Assembly (NCBI RefSeq): GCF_030028105.1
Contig: NC_092397.1
Span: 28,797,097 to 28,861,096 of the forward strand
Length of the DNA: 64,000 nucleotides
Origin: Mobula birostris
Lineage: Eukaryota
Direction of reading: 5' to 3'
Positions 63,561 through 64,000 of this stretch are shown piece by piece. The notes beneath the pieces were generated by a model that was not told the DNA's origin, did no database searches, and was given only the letters and a program-made list of their open reading frames with translations. The position numbers were made by a program, and so were the translations under genes. The stretch's first letter is position 1. Each line of letters opens with the position of its first letter.

Positions 63561-63680
63561 AATTTGAACGAGTCTCAAGACAGTCCATTGTAGTGTAAAT
63601 TGATCAAAGTGGTGCTGTCTTGAGGTGGGGAGGAGCGTTGTTCGGGTTTGTTAAAGTACGTAATGTCTGTACATTACGTA

Positions 63681-64000
63681 CAGGGTTCATTCTGTACCTG
63701 TCAGTCTCTGGTACAGTGTGAGAGTGTGGGGTTCATTCTGTACCCGTCAGTCTCTGGTACAGTGTGAGAGTGTGGGGTTCATTCTGTACCCGTCAGTCTC
63801 TGGTACAGTGTGAGAGTGTGGGGTTCATTCTGTACCCGTCAGTCTCTGGTACAGTGTGAGAGTGTGGGGTTCATTCTGTACCCGTCAGTCTCTGGTACAG
63901 TATGAGAGTGTGGGGTTCATTCTGTACCCGTCAGTCTCTGGTACAGTATGAGAGTGTGGGGTTCATTCTGTACCCGTCAGTCTCTGGTACAGTGTGGGAG
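63681..64000. repeat. homogeneous 46-bp tandem satellite running off the window end
   Basis: Unit GGGGTTCATTCTGTACCCGTCAGTCTCTGGTACAGTGTGAGAGTGT, about 7 near-identical copies. Confidence 0.95.

Noticed and set aside
63681-64000. CRISPR-like array (short repeats with an internal palindrome)
   Set aside because: Units are contiguous with no unique spacers, there are no cas genes, and the context is vertebrate; it is a satellite.

Overview
Eukaryotic, repeat-rich vertebrate DNA. A cartilaginous fish (probably a ray) is inferred from the CR1/Rex/Penelope repeat mix and a two-exon GPR139-like gene. From 3 to 27.4 kb lies a dispersed tRNA cluster: 5 intact-looking genes (Asn-GTT, iMet-CAT, Ala-TGC, Ser-AGA, Asp-GTC) and about 9 relics. 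Gene order and flank homology show that part of it arose by an old inverted duplication. At 36.4-38.5 kb is an intact two-exon GPR139-like class A GPCR. At 51-63 kb are three stem-loop histone genes on the minus strand: a divergent H1 whose promoter keeps the AC-box/TG-box pair 354 nt apart, then H2A and H2B in tandem rather than head-to-head. The rest is mostly decayed retroelements: an I/Nimb LINE with RNase H, many CR1 and Rex-Babar copies, an R4-like fragment, a Gypsy pol fragment, solo LTRs with TSDs, and Penelope-derived short elements carrying minimal hammerhead ribozyme motifs. There is also a 46-bp hairpin-bearing satellite at two sites and a 200-N assembly gap. Boundaries of decayed elements are approximate and were read by eye.
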